DNA of 64,000 nucleotides from Schmidtea nova (lineage: Eukaryota): contig CM097883.1 in the NCBI GenBank assembly GCA_044892505.1, forward strand, positions 360,344,001 to 360,408,000, written 5' to 3'. Positions 24,655-37,194 of the stretch are shown here, one piece after another. The notes beneath the pieces are model-generated. The model had not been told where the DNA came from. It did no database searches and saw only the letters and a list, made by a program, of their open reading frames with translations. The number at the start of each line of letters is the position of its first letter. The first letter of the stretch is position 1. The position numbers were made by a program, and so were the translations under genes.

Positions 24655-25460
24655 GCAAGATAGACACTAGGTATAGGGGATTAAAAATTTTAAATTGAAT
24701 TTTTAATGAAAAGAAAAAATACAGAAATCGAAAAATCTTGCAATCAATAATTATTTAGACAATTGCGAAAAATATCCCCGAAAATATAGGCTTTTGGTTG
24801 AGATTTAGATCCCTGAATTGAGTTTGTGATAATATGTTTGACTAGGTTCTCGTGAATGAAAATGAATGCGCGAATGTTCTTGTGTCTTTGGAAAATATAG
24901 TGTATAGTGATTGATGGAAATAATTGATTTTATTATGTTTTAGATTTTGATCGGAAAAATCGAGAATTTGGTGACAGTAAGGTACGAAAATATCTCGAAA
25001 ACCCCGAAGGACTTTCATATTTTTTAAGCGAATGATTTTGTTGATTTTATACTGTTTAATGTTGTGTTATGTGTTCCTGAAATGGATCATTGCGTGAATT
25101 GTTGATGTTTTGATGTTGGAAAATGTTTTATTTTGATGCAATGATAAATTTATATTGATGTAGATTATTTATCTTGAAATTCCGATTAAAATATTATAGA
25201 ATGTTTATAGACAGATTGTTGAAGAAGGGACAAAATTGGCATTAAACCTTCTATCGGTAGCCCTTGGACCCAGGAGATATTCGGTCAATCATAGTTTCGA
25301 ATTTGTGACGCTGACTGATTATGAATACCCACCCATTTGTTGCATTACCAACGTTACATTGTGACGGGCAACAAGATGGTTAATTTAATGTTTTGTATGT
25401 TGAGTTGTTGATGTGAGCCATAGCAACGTCAAGATCATATTGACGATCAACAACCCACCA
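24655..25460 (+). repeat. Repeat family F copy 4
   Basis: GCAAGATAGACACTAGGTATA start and the conserved 3' block ending TCAACAACCCACCA. Confidence 0.8.
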
Positions 25461-26479
25461 TGTTATATTTGTATTTTTCACGTGTATATTTGATGCGCTT
25501 TTGTTCATTTTAATTTTTAAACGTGTTTTAATTAAATATCTTTTTGCTTTGTGATAACTATGTTTTACTTGGCGTTTTAGTTCATAGAATTTTTAGTTTA
25601 CTTTTTGCGAGCTTTCTACGTTCTGTATAACCGCTTCATTCAAACAACTCTCAATTTTTTGCCCATCAGATTAATACTAATCCCAGTCAAGGTAAGGTTA
25701 AACATAAATTTGTCTACTATCGGCACAGGTATTTAATTGGTAGATGCATATGTGAAGTGCAATAAGCGCTCACTGCTGAAGTAGCTTATCGACCAGAAGT
25801 ATACCGTACCAACGTGGACTTGCACGGTCACGCATGTATATAGTAGGATAATGACGGAGGAGTCGAGGGAATCTTATCTGATGACTGATAACAACATTCG
25901 TTACCATAGAAATCCAAGGTCAGATACTGCCGATAATCCACAATAAGTCAGTATATGGATTTTATCGAAAATATCAAAAACCAATACAGAAACAATAGCA
26001 TAAATTTAATAAACTTTCTTTTATCTTTTTCAATCAATCGGGACGAAAAAATTTAAAACTTTTACTGATTTGTTTTATGTAAAATTGTATCATTCCATTA
26101 AAGAATAAAATTATGTTTATATTTAATATTAATTTTTTTTGCTAGAATACTTTTATTTCATTTATAAAAGAAATTAAATCATTAATTTAATTTAAAACGA
26201 ATTTGTTCAACTATGAAATTTATTTAAGTTAATTTTATTTATTATTTCAATATTTACAATTTTAAATTTGTTTAAATTATGTTTTTTATTTACTTTGTTT
26301 CATTTCCCTTAACTCGATTTTGTTTTTAAGTCGTCTTGTTTTGTATTTTCCACTAAATCTGAAACAGAATTTATCAATTACAGCTGCTAAAAAACTTTTT
26401 TTAAAATTAAAATCTGATAAAATCTTATTTTTAAAAAATCGATTAAAAATTTCTAAACCTAAAATACTTAATTAAAAAT

Positions 26480-27429
26480 ATGGAAAGAAAATTTGTAAAC
26501 AAATCATTTGCAACTCAATCTAGTGGATTTGGTCAACCACTAGTTAATCAACCAAGGTTTAATGGTCAACCAATACAACATTCTAATCATAGAGTAGCAG
26601 CTCTATTACCGAATCCAAATACGCCACCGTTGCGAACTCCAAATTATAATCGTAACAAGAAAAACTTTATTAATAATAACAATAATAATAATTCAAATTT
26701 ATCTCAAGCTCAGTCATTCAGTAGTCAACCTAGACAAAAAGTCTCATCGAACTCTGATAATAGAATTAATCACAAAGTATTGCTTTTGATCATTTTATCA
26801 ATCTAGATATAAAAGTTTTTAGTTTGATATAATACGCAAACCACAAATTCGGCGACCTAAAATCAATACAAAAATTGAGATTGATTCAAAAAGTTCAGTT
26901 ATACAAGTGCAACAAGATTTGCCACCAAATGTGGTTCTTTCAGTGACTAATTACCCATCGTCGTGTAACGAAGCAGCGTTAATTATGTTTTTCGCCAAAA
27001 TGAATGGTTTTCTGCAGGTTTTCCTTTATTTATTACTCATTATTAATTCAAATTTTAAAATAAAATTATTGATCTAAAATATTTAAATTAATTGAATTCG
27101 ACAAATAATATTTGTTACTAAATATAGTAATAATTGATTTTATTTGGAATTTTAAATGAAAAATTAATTAAAATGGCGACTAAGTTGATTGATGTATTAT
27201 TAAATTTGAAAAAAAATAAATCGAAAAATACAATTTATGATTTAAGGTAAAATTAATTGACTTATTTCAGTTGGTCAGTCATCGGACAAAAAAAAATATC
27301 TCATTTGTTATTTACAACACGGTAGATCAAGCAAAAGATGCACTGTCTGTCTATCATGGATATCAAATGGATCACGATCACAAACTGCAAGTCTGTTATT
27401 CAAATCATGAAAATGCTTATGGTGATTGA
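26480..27429 (+). CDS. 216-aa protein with N/Q/P-rich N-terminus and C-terminal RRM resembling U1A/U2B'' RRM2; exons 26480-26776, 26823-27017, 27271-27429
   Basis: Two phase-0 GT-AG introns give DLPPNVVLSVTNYPSSCNEAALIMFFAKMNGFLQ|LVSHRTKKNISFVIYNTVDQAKDALSVYHGYQMDHDHKLQVCYS, aligning with SNRPA/SNRPB2 RRM2 ([24 protein letters not shown]...AFVEF...LQGFKI). Confidence 0.75.
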
Positions 27430-29220
27430 ATGAGAGCATATAGTTTATGGATTGGTTACTGTGATAAGGTGCTATCCAGTGGGAATTACCGCGTTGTCTA
27501 TTCATTTGAATTTCTCTATCAGAGTGTTCTTCAATATAGATATTTTATTAAATATTGTTTTTTATTGCATTTTAATAAATTTGTCTTGATTTTTATGATT
27601 GTATATTGTAATTTTTTGGGAGAATTTTGTACAGCTTATGATAATTGTTGACTTAATTGATTGAGGCAGTTGTAAATCTTTTTGTTTGCATGCTTATTGT
27701 ATATTTGCCCTGTAGGTCTTTGGCAATGAAAGTTTTTATTGATCGGTCTGATGTTTGCATATTGTCATTTATTATTTAATAATTTTATGATGCCGTTTTC
27801 ATGTACAAATAGTGGGTTAAATACTTATGGTTTGATTTATACATGTTATTTGTCAATCCCTTCCCCATTTTGATAATTAGTAGACGAAGAGTGGTACATA
27901 TATATTTATTCAACTATAAAATTAACAAAGTTATGGTCACGTGTGCTATTTTTTACATCAATACTCTTTACATTGAGTACTCCATCAACCATCAGCTGCT
28001 GTAATGTAGGAGGTTCCCAGTATGTCTAGTTTTAACAGTATGTGCTGAATTAATTACTATCAATATGTGTTGGGCTTTCGATGATCGCATGGGATTTCCT
28101 CTATTTTACAATTTGATTAAAATTTTAAAGATTTTTGTTCCAAAATTTATCGTAAGTTGATAAATTCATATAATTGCTTATAATTATATAAACTCCCTGT
28201 AAATTCCTTCAAATGTCTGATTTTTTCGAATTCTTTATAAAATTGCATATGGTATTTTATATTAAGAAATAAATATTATAATTTATCTGCTGGTAATTAT
28301 CAGTGGTAGTAATTCTAAGAAATTGCGAATGATATTCTTAAAGTCCGTGTACAGATAAAATATTTATTTGATAGAAAGAATATGTAAGAAGAAATATTTT
28401 TATTATTAATATTTAAAAATCTTTGCCTACACGGTAAAGCTCTGATTACCATTAATATGCGTTCTGTAGTTGTCTGAAACATTATCGAACTGATTTCAGA
28501 ATTGTCTACTAACATTAAATTAAACGGATCTTAGAAAGGAACTAGGACAAAATTTAAGTTCAACAACACGTTGGTGTTGTTGAACTTGGTTCAATAATGA
28601 ACTAGATTTTGATTCATTTAAACCACGATAAAATTGAGAATATCTAATCTGTTCACATATTCATGTGGATTTTCAATTCCCAAATACAGAATTTGTGCCG
28701 GCTGACCTTGATACTAATGCTGAGTTGTTGGTATCGATGGATTTTCTCGATGGTCTTGATTTTTAGGGCAATCCCACCCACATAAACAGATTCTCCCCGC
28801 TGATGCCTATGACTCGCCCCTAATTGTTTGTCATGTTGGTACTGCATCAACGTTGTAGACTAACGAGGCAGGTGAGCAACCTTGACGGCTACTATTCCCT
28901 CGTTTCATTTACGGGTTCACCACTGCCGATAGAAGGCCTGTGTTCGGATTTATTGTGGTCCCAATTATATTCCTTCACGTTATGCACTTGCATTCCTTAT
29001 TTACATTCATTAATCATTCAAACAACCAAAACAAGTCGAGTTTTTGATCATACACATTTATTTACCCAAAAATACGTTCGTATTGATAACATTCAGCAAT
29101 TGTTTTTCCGATAGACCACTTAGTAGATCTACTTCAATTCCTAGCCTCTCTGCATAGGCTCTTCTTTCTCTCCGTCATTTTGCTCCCAAACGGTTTCTCT
29201 TTTTAGTTCGTGATGGTAAG

Positions 29221-29622
29221 TCATTTACCGGCTGTGGTGTCGGTATCTCTCTCCTTGGATTGGATGATAATTTCCTCGGTTTGGATCTCTAGGCTCCTGT
29301 GAGTAATAGTCACCCATCTATTGAATGTGCTTGCTCGGATTAGGGGTTTTAACTGTGTATCGATAAAATCTTTCGTCGCAGCTCTCAGGCACCGGTTCAA
29401 TTCTAGTCGTACCGCGGCCGTTACCCGAGTCTGTTCCTCCAACGCTTTCTCTGTTCGATCTCGTCGTTGTTGAATTTCCTTTACTTTCTCAGGACTGAAC
29501 CAGGTTCTTTTCATAACCTCGGTTTCTGCCGTTTGACGACTTCTATACTGCTCTAGCAGGCAAATGCGTCTCCGTAATTGCTGTTTATCGTCGATATCTA
29601 TGTTTTCCGTTTCGCGATTCAT
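29221..29622 (-). CDS. Family E helical/coiled-coil ORF, 133 aa
   Basis: Starts right after a pyrimidine-TAG acceptor; homologous to 15059-15253, which has the same acceptor-ATG arrangement. Confidence 0.5.
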   Translation of the reverse strand: MNRETENIDIDDKQQLRRRICLLEQYRSRQTAETEVMKRTWFSPEKVKEIQQRRDRTEKALEEQTRVTAAVRLELNRCLRAATKDFIDTQLKPLIRASTFNRWVTITHRSLEIQTEEIIIQSKERDTDTTAGK

Positions 29623-29827
29623 CTACAAAAGGAGTAAATTTTAACCGGGTCTAGCTTGGTCTCTCGAAGCATATCATTTCACCCCCCGTTTCTCTACCTA
29701 CTCTCGTCAAACACCTATAACATATCATTCTCAATCCATAATCCTACCCCAACATTCGACATCAAACTAAACTAGAAGACATTAATGACAATTTTATTTT
29801 AGACGACCATATCACAATCACTATCAA

Positions 29828-30415
29828 TTAAAGATTATCTAGATCAACCCATTCTTGATCACACTGACTGTCCTTTTTCCTGATCCCATTCGCCCAGAAA
29901 TATTCGAGGCACGGCTTCCAACACAACCGGTCGTTGTATATGAAGATTTCCCACAGGTGTACATCTGGCTCCCTATTGACCTGATCCATGTGGACGTTCC
30001 CGGATGAATTCATATAAGGTCGCGACTCTCCAGTAGCAATATTTCTCGGCTGATCTAATAGTACGAATCCCATTTGTCGTAACGTTTGACCCGGAATGGG
30101 TACGAATGATAGTATCCATCGGGATGTATTTTCCTGGACCTCAAACTGCACGAACCATTTACGCTTGGGTATCGGCTTATTCAAATCCCGTAGGGGCCAA
30201 GACAGGTTTCCTTCCCGTCTTATCTTAGTGCCATAATGTTCCTTGCCCGACTCCACCGAGGGGTCCACATGTCCTCTTCTCCAATACCGTAAGCAACGTT
30301 CGGCTTTGGCCCGGATTAGATTTGGGATTGGTGAGGTTGCTCGCAACTCGTTGACATATGATCTCACTGTTCGGCGACAATGATCTCCCATAGGTTTAGA
30401 TAGTTTCATTTGCAT
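29828..30415 (-). CDS. Family E protein of unknown function, 195 aa
   Basis: Clear amino-acid homologue at 43472-43900 (WF.QFE...WIL...G(F/Y)VL(L/M)D.P...TGE(S/T)RPY...LWE.F.(Y/F)ND.LCW.PC). Confidence 0.6.
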   Translation of the reverse strand: MQMKLSKPMGDHCRRTVRSYVNELRATSPIPNLIRAKAERCLRYWRRGHVDPSVESGKEHYGTKIRREGNLSWPLRDLNKPIPKRKWFVQFEVQENTSRWILSFVPIPGQTLRQMGFVLLDQPRNIATGESRPYMNSSGNVHMDQVNREPDVHLWEIFIYNDRLCWKPCLEYFWANGIRKKDSQCDQEWVDLDNL

Positions 30416-31494
30416 AATTTCTCTAACGAGTTAGAAAATTAATTGACTTCAAGACACTCGCTCCAACCGCATACAACACACCTCAATATTCATCATCTCC
30501 CATTCTTTCATCATACCTTTCGATTCATTCCCCAAATCCTCATTATGTACTAAGTCTCTACTGTTCCCCCTTATCGGTGCTCATTTATGCTAATATTTCT
30601 AGATTTTATTTAATCAATTATTCAACCCCACAAATCTCATGTATAGCAGCTGGCCTACACTGCAAAGTATCTATTGATTCATCATTCATTTCATATTGTC
30701 ATTTAGCTGTGATAAACTTGATTAAACAGTACCACTCAGTTTTTGTCGAATCTATCTATTGATTTATGCTGGTTGTGATATTTTACTTCTCTACACTCAG
30801 AGTTTCTTAACCACATCAACCTTTCCCTCAGATTCATGCATCAGACAAGCTTCTAATTTACCCTAGAACTCCTCCAGTGGTTGACACTCAGACATCAAAC
30901 CTCACCTAAATCATTCGCATTTATATCAAACATCATTAATAAATCATGCAACCTATTTCAAAAACTCTCGTTGTCATCATCTCGGTCACGAGGAATCAGT
31001 CTCTATCGACACTTCGCCGACTGTGCTTAAGCTATGTCTCTAAATGAGGTGGATCTCATTGCAGATGAGTGTCTCTATTAACTTCACTGCCCTCTCGATG
31101 CATATATTTTTCCGTGGCTTTCGTTATAGTTTATTATCCTCGACGCATCTTCCTCCATAGCCTATGTTGGTGATTGGCAATCTACTAAATCAATTATGAC
31201 TTGGTCACTGTACGCTTGTCTCTCTATGTGCATCCCCTCCTGCTCCATCAGATTATTGGTCTACGCCGCATCGGCCATCACCCATAAGGCGTTGCGCTGA
31301 GAGGCCCGTTTTCGCCCGTCAGGTCCGGAGTCCTTCGGGACGTGTTCCTATTGAGTTTAGGAAAAACAACATTCATGAGGATTTAATAAAAATAAGACAA
31401 AACACTGCATACCTTTTTATTCTCGTTGATACAACTTGTTCGGCACAATACACACTAAAATTGACGTTTGTCGCAACTGTTTTGGTACAAGACC

Positions 31495-31497
<3 letters not shown>

Positions 31498-31556
<59 letters not shown>
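31498..31556. repeat. (AT)n microsatellite
   Basis: About 29 perfect AT units between the CCAAT box and AATAAA of E2. Confidence 0.95.
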
Positions 31557-31566
<10 letters not shown>

Positions 31567-32189
31567 TTATATAGTAGTTTTCAGTTGGCTATCAACCAAT
31601 CAGAATGGTTATACCGTAGTATAATTGATTTTCTTTTATTTTTGTGTGGTTTTATTATGTGTGCGCAGGTTTGATTTGATTGTTTTTCATTATCTTTTAT
31701 GTAGGTTTAGTTTACATTTTTGTATATTTCATTTACGTATTTCTCTGCGCCATTCTCATCTCAATTGGTTCCACCTACTCGTTCTGTTCACGTAGGTTTA
31801 TTTTAGTTGAGTTTTAGTTGTTCTTCACGGTCTATGGTTTTTATTTCAACTGTCATAGATTTATTGGTAAATTTTATTCTTATTTTCTCTATTTAATTTA
31901 TTATTTTCTTAGATTCTCTGTGGTTTGCTTGGCCAACACTAATACCGAATGTTTAATATTAAATTATTAAAAATGCATAATCGTTGCCAAGTTTTCGTTG
32001 ATCTGGTGAAAAAGTTGGTCATGTAGGAAAATCATTTTCTAACAACATTTATTGAACTTGATTTTTGTCCCCTTTTGGTTAAGTCGGAAAAATCTTACGC
32101 ACAGTGGGCTATTGTTTGGCAAAAATTAAAATTTAATTACTGTTGGGTGTGTCCAAGTTTTCGATAAAGTTTTTATTGGCTGGTTGTCT

Positions 32190-35082
32190 AGTTTCTATTT
32201 TAAGGGCTCCCACCATAAATCCGTGAACTCCTAGATTTAAGTCCACGTTGATACTGTGTAGGTCGTTGCAGGTTAAATATGCAGGTGAGCTATTTGGCAA
32301 TGACTTCACTATTTACACCTGCTCGGGTTCCTTGACCGATAGAAGGTCTATTCTCTCTGTTATATTATTACATGGTCTCTTTAGTTAGTCTATGTTTGTA
32401 ACAAAACGGAAAATCTTCATTAGTCAGTAAAATGTCAATTCAAGTCAACTAACAATATACATTTATTCTCTAATTACAACAAAGATTTGTTCCTCCCAAC
32501 ACATGGGAATCACCTCCATGAGTATGTCAAATTCGGATATGTTCTGCAAACTCGCTAACCTGTGCAGTTAATTGATTTGCGAATACCTTCTTTTGGTAGT
32601 GCCACCTTAAGCCGATTCTCTTTCGTTTGGAGCCAATATGAGTAGAACCGTTGTTTGAAGGTGGATGGGGGTAGTGCTTGGTGGTAATTCGGAAACTGGC
32701 TGTCTTACTGATGAAGTTGTGGGAATTTCTGCTGTAGCACCCACCCATTTGGAGCAAGTTATTGGACGGATGTATGACTTCAATTGTTCCCTTACGAACG
32801 CTTGGGACACTTGAGCTGCATGACAATTAAGGCTCTCCAAGAGCGTTCGGTATGCTGTATCTGTGTCCTCATATGATCTGGTGAGAAATATGATCTCTCT
32901 AATTCATGGTTCTGCACCGAAAATTTTGTGATGATCGCCCACATCAACTGGAATTCGGAATCCCTATCCTTTGACAAAGCCTTATGGCATTCACGCTTTG
33001 GGGGAGTCGTCGCAACAGCTTGTCTGGGCATCTTTTAGAAAAATTATTATTTATAATTAATTTGGTTTTTACGCGAAAATGTATGGGTTTTCACTCTCTC
33101 AATGAACGATCCGACTTATTTACGAATTTTATAAGTTCGCTGGTAATTCATTTAGGACGTTTATTTATTAGTGATTAGCTAACTCTTACTGCGATAATTG
33201 TATTCTTAACAATATTATAATGATAATTCAATGATGTTCTGGTCGACTTCATCATTCACACTAAAACTTTATTAACACAAGAAATTTTTTTTATTAAAAT
33301 CAATCATTAAAACACCCGATTAGATTGTACAATTTTGATTATATTATAGCCAGCGAATCATTGTGAGAAAATATGCGATTGACTCGCATTTCTCTGGATC
33401 GTTTGCAGGGATGGCAATCGAGAGGAGAAAGTGTTTCTGTGCCTCCCTTAATGGTCGGGGAGAGATTACGAATCAGAATCCTAGATCATTGAATGTCGAA
33501 CTTGGGATGAATCCCCAATATACTATTTTGTTCCTCATCCCTCTGCGATTCTTTACCACGGCGAACCACTGTGCATAACTCGCATGGTATTCTTCCTCAG
33601 GGTTCATCGGCAATCTCGGTCCACCTCGATACTAGATTTCGAGATAGTAAATGGACAACTAGTATTTCGTTTCGTCCTCCATCTCCGCATTTGAACATTT
33701 ACCGATCTGGCTATTTCTCGTGGAAGGACTTTTAGCTAACCTATTCCGCTTTGTCCGATTTAGAGCTTGTTGTCCTGCATCTAAAATATAAATAGTTGCG
33801 TAATGGTTGATATAATAAAGTTACCTGTTCGCTGCTTCGGCAAATGTCGTCTCTGAGTTATTATTAACTTGATTTATTGCTTGACGTTCGTTGAGGTTTA
33901 TCTATTCGATTTCATTTGACTTTCGATGCCTCAGCCTTGGAACTAATTCAGCTATTCCTTCAACACATTTTGGTGGATTCGATTCAGGCCTCACCCTGGC
34001 TGATTACCTTTTAATAGCTACCTCCTAGACCATACTACTTTCTTAATGGGACGTTTCTTCAAAATGAGTCGATCATACAATAAAATCTCTGTTTTATAAT
34101 TCGATAAATAATTCTCAGTTCCGTTTGGCTCTCTCATTTTTAATTGCTGTGTCCCTCATTATTTCCTTGTGGTGGTTATAAATTATCCCTTCTCCCCAAG
34201 GTTCATATTTAATTTATTCAATTAAGCAATTTCAACTCAATATACTATGAAACTCTATACAGCCCCCTCATACGACTAGCACCCTTGTGGCATGACACTA
34301 CTGAGGACTTCTTTACGAATTTTAATGGATAATTTTATGGAAAAACTTAATATCTCAAGTTCATCGAGGATTGCCCATTAAAATAAAAACAAAATCAAAG
34401 AATAATACCTTTATTGGTTATCAAATTAAACAAAGATTCTGAGCAGTCCGTCACAAAATTTGAATACACGAATGATTGTTTTAATGAAATACGCTAGACT
34501 AGTTGTTACAAACACTCTCTAAAAATGCTCACCCTCGACTGATTTTTGACTCCGTTACATCTATTTCACCATTCATTTCTCATTCAAACAACCAAAACAA
34601 GTCGAGTTTTTGATCATACACATTTATTTACCCAAAAATACGTTCGTGTTGATAACATTCAGCAATTGTTTTTCCGATAGACCACTTAGTAGATCTACTT
34701 CAATTCCTAGCACCCACGCATGCAGTTGACCAATCAGCGTCGTTGCTACGCATATTCTCGTGCTTTGTTTATAATTTTATAACTTGTTTATGATTTTAAT
34801 TCTTACAATTTCCGGTTATCCGGACCATAGTGAAAGTAATTATTTAATTGATTGCACTTTTATTTTAATTTTATTATTGAATATTTTAGAAATTATTCTG
34901 GATTTCTCGAAATTCTTATTTTATTCGCTATTGTTAATTTATTGTTTTACATTCTTTTTATTATCTGTTACCCTACTTATAGATTTTATCCCTCAATTTT
35001 GCTTTACTTGATAATTTAAGTTTATTTTCTTTTTAATTTATTTATTTTCTTCTCTATTTTAGGTTAGCTTATTAACCCAACA
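32190..35082 (-). mobile_element. Family E copy E3 (diverged)
   Basis: GCAGGTGAGC and CCGATAGAAGG block at 32280-32350; CCAATCAG at about 34730; acceptor followed by CCCAACA end; distant homologue of the E protein at about 33400-33650. Confidence 0.5.
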
Positions 35083-36149
35083 TCATTCGGGGACCCCTTA
35101 AAATTGCGTCCCACAATTATCTATACAATTTCTACTTACATCATCACACATAAAAATTCATACAGATAAATGACAATTTACAGATAGCCAAAGATTCACA
35201 TAAGGTGATCAGCTTTTATACACAGACATAGTCAATGTCGGATCAGATCATAGTTTTACGTCAGTTTTCTGTTTATACACTCGCTTTCAATGTTCTGACT
35301 CGTCGACGGTTTGAGTTGTATTTTTTCGTTGATTGTCTGTAGTTCATATTGAGACTTGATTTGGTTCAAGTGATTTTTGATCTTCCTTTGGGTTTTGGTA
35401 TCTCGTCTTGAAGTCTCGTTTATTATCGTTTGTTTTTGTTTTAGGGTTTTTATTTGGAAGGAGGTTGCGATAATTGTGACGATGATTATATTATGCTGAG
35501 GGTGATGATGATTATGATCGCAATGATCCACTTTTCTTGGGTTTCGATTTCTGCTTGCAACAGGCTTTTGATGTTATTTTAGTTTCTCTCAATGTTTTTT
35601 GGATCTTCTGCATTTGGCTGGTGTGTCTGCACAGGGTCTGTTGTAGTTGCTCATTCTCTTGGGTTTAGGTAAAATTTTGTTGAAGTTCGGTGATTTCTTC
35701 TATTTCTTCGTTCATTAATCTTTCGATTTCTTAGTAAGCTTCATCTGGTATAATATCTAGGTGTTATTTGATGATTTGTAGGGTTTCTATTTTCAGGATA
35801 ATTGTTATCAGGGATATGATTGTCGATATTGCCAGTCTGTTCATGCTAATTTCTTTATACAATTGCCAATACAGTTTGACATTTATTTTACAAGTTTGTA
35901 TATTCACTCAATTTTCCCGCTCTTATTACACCATCGTCTCCTCGGGTTCATGGAAACCTTCATCTTGAAGTTCGACCGGGTTTTCTGTGAGTGTTATTCA
36001 CACTACCATGTTCCTCCACATTTCTACTTCATCTCGATACATTGGGATATTTGGATCTCTTCGTTTAATAGGTATTCTAGATATTTTGATTGTTCTGTTA
36101 AGGTTTCTATTTGCTTTTCTAATTTGGCTGTCTTTTGCTTCCTTTCTTC

Positions 36150-36761
36150 TTATCTCACGATCTTTAGTACCGCTGTTGCAAGGCTTATGTTTCTCCTTGC
36201 TGATTGCTTCTGTTCTAATTTCTGCTTCAATTCCTCATTCTCTTTTGTTAAGTTGGTTAGATTTTCCCCGTAGTTTTGTTTTGTTTCCTCTAATCTTTCA
36301 TTCGTTCTCTTCAGTTCTATCTTCTTTTGGGTGATTACTCCTTGATACCCATTTATATCCCGTTTTATATCCTCCTCTTTCCTGTTCCATGCTCTGATAT
36401 GCATGTTTTATTGTTGTTGGCTATCATGTAGCTCCTATTCTATTTTTCGTAAGTGGTAGGTGAGTTGTTCATTGAGTTGGTCATTGCTCGTTCTCGAATA
36501 AATTTCTGTCTATTTTTATCCCATTTTTTTGCTTGCAGTTTCTTGCCTCACTTTTTGTGCTAGTTCCTCCTTTAATTCGTCTATTTCTTGGTATAGCTTC
36601 CAATTGCCGCTATATGCGGTTCTTTCTATTATTTCTCTTGCTTGGTCGAATGATTCCATGGCTTCTCCTTCCCAGTGTCTCGCCTGTTCGTTAATGGCTA
36701 ATATCTTGTGATCTGTCTTTAACTGTCGCTTGTCCCTTTTTTCTCTTCGTTTTTTCATCAT
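36150..36761 (-). pseudogene. Fragmented coiled-coil ORFs of unknown origin
   Basis: Two E/K/R-rich ORFs (81 and 84 aa) in tandem. Confidence 0.3.
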
Positions 36762-36904
36762 TCCTTTATAATATTCGGCTTGCTATTTTAACATTCGATA
36801 TAATTCTAGTAGTAGGATGTGTCCCCGTCATATATAGGTCAAGACCCGCCATAGGAATTTTTTATATAGGCCAATTTAAAGACACTTTAAAGTCCCTTTC
36901 AGAT

Positions 36905-37075
36905 GAGGTTATATATGAAAATATTTTTATTTAAGGCGGAATTAAGAAGGTCATATATGAAAATATATTTATTTAATTTAAATAAAGTAGGTCATATATG
37001 AAAATATCTAAAGTCAAAGTAATTAGTTCATATATGAAAATATTTAATTTAATTTAAATAATATAGGTCATTGTA
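36905..37075. repeat. Four ~38-bp tandem units with core GTCATATATGAAAATAT
   Basis: Core at about 36910, 36950, 36990 and 37028. Confidence 0.75.
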
Positions 37076-37152
37076 GTGCCTCCGTAATATATATATATAT
37101 ATCTTTTGAAAAAAAGCTTGTGAATTTTTGTGATACCCAGTGCAAATCCCCA

Positions 37153-37194
37153 ATAACAGACTAGTTTCGAGCTTTTAGCTCTCATCAGTGCTAT
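37153..37194 (-). ncRNA. Minimal type I hammerhead ribozyme (Penelope/retrozyme-like)
   Basis: Minus strand: AUAGCA-CUGAUGA-GAGC UAAAA GCUC-GAAA-C UA GUC-UGUUAU; all core nucleotides, stems I and II and a tiny palindromic stem III are present. Confidence 0.9.

Larger units (their letters stand above)
28690..31938 (-). mobile_element. Family E copy E2 (most complete)
   Basis: TGTTGG start, CCAAT and (AT)n, AATAAA, structured motif, ORFs 29828-30415 and 29221-29622, 3' block and GGGGAGAA followed by TGT. Confidence 0.65.

Noticed and set aside
31468-31674. YIYIYI ORF
   Set aside because: Read-through of (AT)n.
36905-37075. CRISPR-like regularly spaced repeats
   Set aside because: Eukaryotic context, degenerate repeats, similar AT-rich spacers and no cas genes.
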